Below are positions 61,413-64,000 of a stretch of 64,000 nt of DNA, piece by piece (positions within the stretch are counted from its first letter, which is position 1; every line of letters starts with the position of its first letter). The position numbers were made by a program, and so were the translations under genes. The notes under the pieces were generated by a model. It worked only from the letters and a program-made list of their open reading frames with translations. It made no database searches and was not told the DNA's origin. This stretch comes from a virus, in the IMG/VR virus record IMGVR_UViG_3300044620_001243; one strand, 5' to 3'.

Positions 61413-61501
61413 GTCAGGTGGTGGAATTGGTTAGACCGTCCCCTCCCTTAAGTGGAAGGGGGAGACCGAAAGGTATACAGGTTCGAATCCTGTCCTGACT
61501 A
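61413..61501 (+). tRNA. tRNA-like unit a (89 nt; D-stem shifted with compensatory changes)
   Basis: GGTGG/CCGT D-arm variant. The core folds best as a CTCCCTT/AAGGGGG helix with an AAGTGG loop rather than as an anticodon arm. An alternative reading as tRNA-Leu (CUUAAGU loop) would need a mismatch. Confidence 0.45.
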
Positions 61502-61685
61502 CTAAAAATTAAAGAATTATGAAAATAAAAGTACACTTATTAAGTCAATCTAAACCGATTGAATATGAGGATGTGAAAAACGCATACACAAAAAGCGGTT
61601 TGTATTGTGTCTATCTAAAAAACAATCAAGTACACAAATACCCTTTGTGTAATGTATTTAGAATTGAAGAAGATTATTAAAACAT

Positions 61686-61768
61686 AGTCAGGTGGCGAAA
61701 TTGGATAGACGCTAGGGAAACCTTCCCGAGAATGAAAGTTCATATAGGTTCGAGTCCTGTCCTGACAA
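61686..61768 (+). tRNA. tRNA-like unit b (83 nt; A1:A72 mismatch)
   Basis: 3' acceptor CCTGACA. The core has a GGGAA-ACC-TTCCC minihairpin. Confidence 0.4.
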
Positions 61769-61784
61769 CTAAAAATTAAAGAAT

Positions 61785-61967
61785 ATGGAATGGGTTGAAA
61801 TTAAAAATGGAAAACCAAAAGATGGTAGTTGGGTACTAATTCAAAGTTCTTTGAAGAACGTACCGAAATATGAGGTTTGCTATTATGAAAATGATGAATG
61901 GTACATACCTTCGTATAATGATGTATGTGAAGAGAAACATATTATTAAATGGTCGTACATTGAATAA
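61785..61967 (+). CDS. small hypothetical protein
   Basis: 60 aa, lying between units b and c. Confidence 0.35.
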   Translation: MEWVEIKNGKPKDGSWVLIQSSLKNVPKYEVCYYENDEWYIPSYNDVCEEKHIIKWSYIE

Positions 61968-61973
61968 TCAAAC

Positions 61974-62096
61974 AGTCAGGTGGCGGAATTGGTAGACGTA
62001 TAGAGTAGGGAGTAGCACTCCATTTATGGTAAGGCAAGCAAATAAGACCTAACCCTCTAAGGTAGCACCATACAGGTTCGAATCCTGTCCTGACTA
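61974..62096 (+). tRNA. tRNA-like unit c (123 nt)
   Basis: Conserved flanks (D 3' strand CGT). The core contains GGAGT-AGC-ACTCC. Confidence 0.4.
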
Positions 62097-62115
62097 CAAA
62101 CAAACAAAAAAAAAT

Positions 62116-62322
62116 ATGAGTCAATTTATCAACACAAATCACGCAAACGAAGCGGCAAGAGAAGCCTTTCAGGGTTATAGGAAAGACACAGAAAGAATCA
62201 AACAAATCAGACAGATGTTACAGAATGGTGAATCTGTTAGCAATGAAGATATTCTTTGGTTGTGTCAAAGAGCTCAATCAGGCATACTACAAGAAGAATC
62301 AAGTTGGTATGACCACGGATAA
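62116..62322 (+). CDS. small hypothetical protein
   Basis: 68 aa, after an AAACAAACAAAAAAAAATATG leader. Confidence 0.35.
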   Translation: MSQFINTNHANEAAREAFQGYRKDTERIKQIRQMLQNGESVSNEDILWLCQRAQSGILQEESSWYDHG

Positions 62323-62328
62323 AAATAT

Positions 62329-62435
62329 AGTCAGGTGGCGGAATTGGTAGACGCAATAAGGCATGGAAACATGCGCATCATGACGGATTGGTGATATTAG
62401 CCAAAGTTATACAGGTTCGAATCCTGTCCTGACTA
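62329..62435 (+). tRNA. tRNA-like unit d (107 nt)
   Basis: Conserved flanks. The core contains GCATG-GAAAC-ATGC. Confidence 0.4.
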
Positions 62436-62454
62436 CAATAAAAAAACAAAACAA

Positions 62455-62943
62455 ATGAAACTAAATCAAAACTCACTCTCGGCAAAACTCTATCGTTGGT
62501 TCTATAAAACCGACACAATGCCAACCAACCTATGTCCTTACTTTTGGAAACTGGTCACTGCGGTGATTCTTTCACCTTTGCTTGCAATTCACACCCTACC
62601 CTATGAAATCATCAACTACAAACGTCAGCGTTGGGATACATACAGTGATATGCTCGGAATATCGCTTGTTTGTTGGTGCCTTATCGCTGTTGTTATTTGC
62701 ATGATTTCATCATTGGGTCTTTTCTTTTACATCCCTGATAAGGGTTCATCACTTTGGACAATGATGTCAATCGGTCTTATTTGTTGGGGTACCCTTATCC
62801 TAGTTGGCATTACTTGGGCTATTACTAAAACAGTAGTATACTTAAAATCAAAGAAGAGTGATAATGAAAAGACAGACAACATCATCGTTGAAATGGTGAA
62901 AGCAAAGTATCACAAATACTGCCCTAAAATTGATTGGAAGTAA
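62455..62943 (+). CDS. small integral membrane protein
   Basis: 162 aa with 3-4 TM segments. Leader AAAAACAAAACAAATG. Confidence 0.4.
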   Translation: MKLNQNSLSAKLYRWFYKTDTMPTNLCPYFWKLVTAVILSPLLAIHTLPYEIINYKRQRWDTYSDMLGISLVCWCLIAVVICMISSLGLFFYIPDKGSSLWTMMSIGLICWGTLILVGITWAITKTVVYLKSKKSDNEKTDNIIVEMVKAKYHKYCPKIDWK

Positions 62944-62950
62944 AACAAAT

Positions 62951-63028
62951 AGTCAGGTGGCGGAATGGTAACGCAGCTCGCGGTGTACACAAAGGGGTGA
63001 ATTGCAGGTTCGAATCCTGTCCTGACTA
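62951..63028 (+). tRNA. tRNA-like unit e (78 nt)
   Basis: Conserved flanks (D-loop AATGGTAA, T-stem GCAGG) with a 29-nt core. Confidence 0.4.
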
Positions 63029-63047
63029 CAATAAAAAAACAAAACAA

Positions 63048-63320
63048 ATGAAAAGACTATTTTTATTTCTTCTCAGAAGATACAGCAACACTGAATCACA
63101 ACGAATGGAAATTTACCGTGAGTTGTGGGAAAAAACCAAAGAGGAATATTGGGCACAAACCGCATTTGGAAATGTCTACAATATGAATATTGAGGTTCTA
63201 ATGGCAAATCCATTTTTCGAAAGTAGAGTTAAGTTAGGAGAGGATGAACATTTAAGAATGTTAAAAGCTGGACTATCAGATTCATTTGACGATAGTGTTG
63301 AATATATCCTGAATGGTTGA
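63048..63320 (+). CDS. small hypothetical protein
   Basis: 90 aa starting at ATG 63048 behind the conserved leader. The longer track ORF (62934) would read through the tRNA-like unit. Confidence 0.35.
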   Translation: MKRLFLFLLRRYSNTESQRMEIYRELWEKTKEEYWAQTAFGNVYNMNIEVLMANPFFESRVKLGEDEHLRMLKAGLSDSFDDSVEYILNG

Positions 63321-64000
63321 AAAAATTAATTTACTGTTTCTCTAAATTTAAAAATATGTCAGATTTCAAAGGTAGTAAATTTTTCTTTGGAGATTCGGAA
63401 AATCAAAATTTATTACTTATATTTAGGCCATAATTAAACAAAAAATAAGATGGAAAAACAATTGAATATATCTGATGATAGAAGTAGTAAAATTATATAC
63501 ACAGTTGTACCTTACTTTTCAAATGGATATGAAGTAAATCAAAATGATGTAAAATCTTTCACTGATTTTAAAAAAGCGGAAGAATATACATGGACATTAA
63601 ACTGTCATTTTGATGTGATTGAAAATGAACTTATATAATTTTATTTCATATAACGTCCGCACTTGATTTGAAATTAATTTTAAAACTATGAACGGAAGAA
63701 AATTATACAGAGAGTATGCTCAAAGTAAAGGTAAAGAAGCAAAGGAATTTGTAAAAATAGAAGAAGATTGGTACAACCAAGACACATTAATTACGAAAGA
63801 TAACAAAGGTAATGAAGAACGAACAAGTATTAATTACAAAGACCTTGTGAACTGGATTATACGTACCGTACCCAATGGTGCGTAACGTCCACAAATATGA
63901 GTGGTAAATTTTTCTTTGGAGATTCGGAAAATCAAAATTTATTACTTATATTTGCTGTTAGAAATAGTTAGACATAATTGTTTCTAACGGTTGGGTATAT

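Noticed and set aside
61413-61501. Calling unit a as tRNA-Leu(TAA) from a CTTAAGT loop
   Set aside because: The supposed anticodon stem CCTCC/GGAAG needs a C:A mismatch. A perfect 7-bp helix with an AAGTGG hexaloop uses the same nucleotides instead. No other scaffold unit yields an anticodon arm either.

Overview
This 64-kb window is AT-rich (about 30% GC) and almost entirely coding on the + strand. Stop and start codons often overlap (ATGA, TAATG). Only three credible minus-strand genes were found. No Shine-Dalgarno sequences precede the starts. Many genes are instead preceded by TTTG...TAnnTTTG boxes of the Bacteroidetes sigma-A type, several of them in the extended form TTCGTATATTTACAC. 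Together with the YwqK/MORN-variant, DUF4116-like and band-7 paralogs, this points by inference to a large dsDNA phage of a Bacteroidetes (Flavobacteriia-like) host.

Recognisable genes include a thyA (T4-td-like), a type II glutamine synthetase homolog, a SET-domain protein, a UvrD-like helicase and an M23 peptidase with a peptidoglycan-binding domain preceded by a holin-like minigene. A sugar-metabolism block carries a metallophosphoesterase, a GT2 glycosyltransferase, RpiB and a nitrilase-family hydrolase. A deoxysugar pair (NDP-hexose 2,3-dehydratase plus a Gfo/Idh/MocA reductase) and a PLP aminotransferase are also present. An RNA-end repair set comprises an RNA ligase, a metallophosphatase, a P-loop kinase and, elsewhere, an HD domain resembling the CCA-enzyme 2',3'-cyclic phosphodiesterase.

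The most unusual content is a 3.7-kb tRNA island (44.6-48.4 kb) and a second modular cluster (61.0-63.0 kb). Canonical tRNA-Met, tRNA-Glu and tRNA-Lys sit among at least 16 tRNA-like units. These units share near-identical Leu-type acceptor, D and T arms, including compensatory base-pair changes, but their cores are highly variable (29-110 nt) and do not fold into a canonical anticodon arm. In the second cluster each unit is followed by a conserved AAAACAAAACAAATG leader and a small ORF.

Other notable structure: a hyper-repetitive acidic (PVVEE)n protein, three tandem DUF4116-like paralogs, three YwqK/MORN paralogs (one frameshifted), a family of small ORFs joined by a conserved junction motif and carrying thyA-derived fragments, and a GC-richer sub-island (33.4-39.6 kb).
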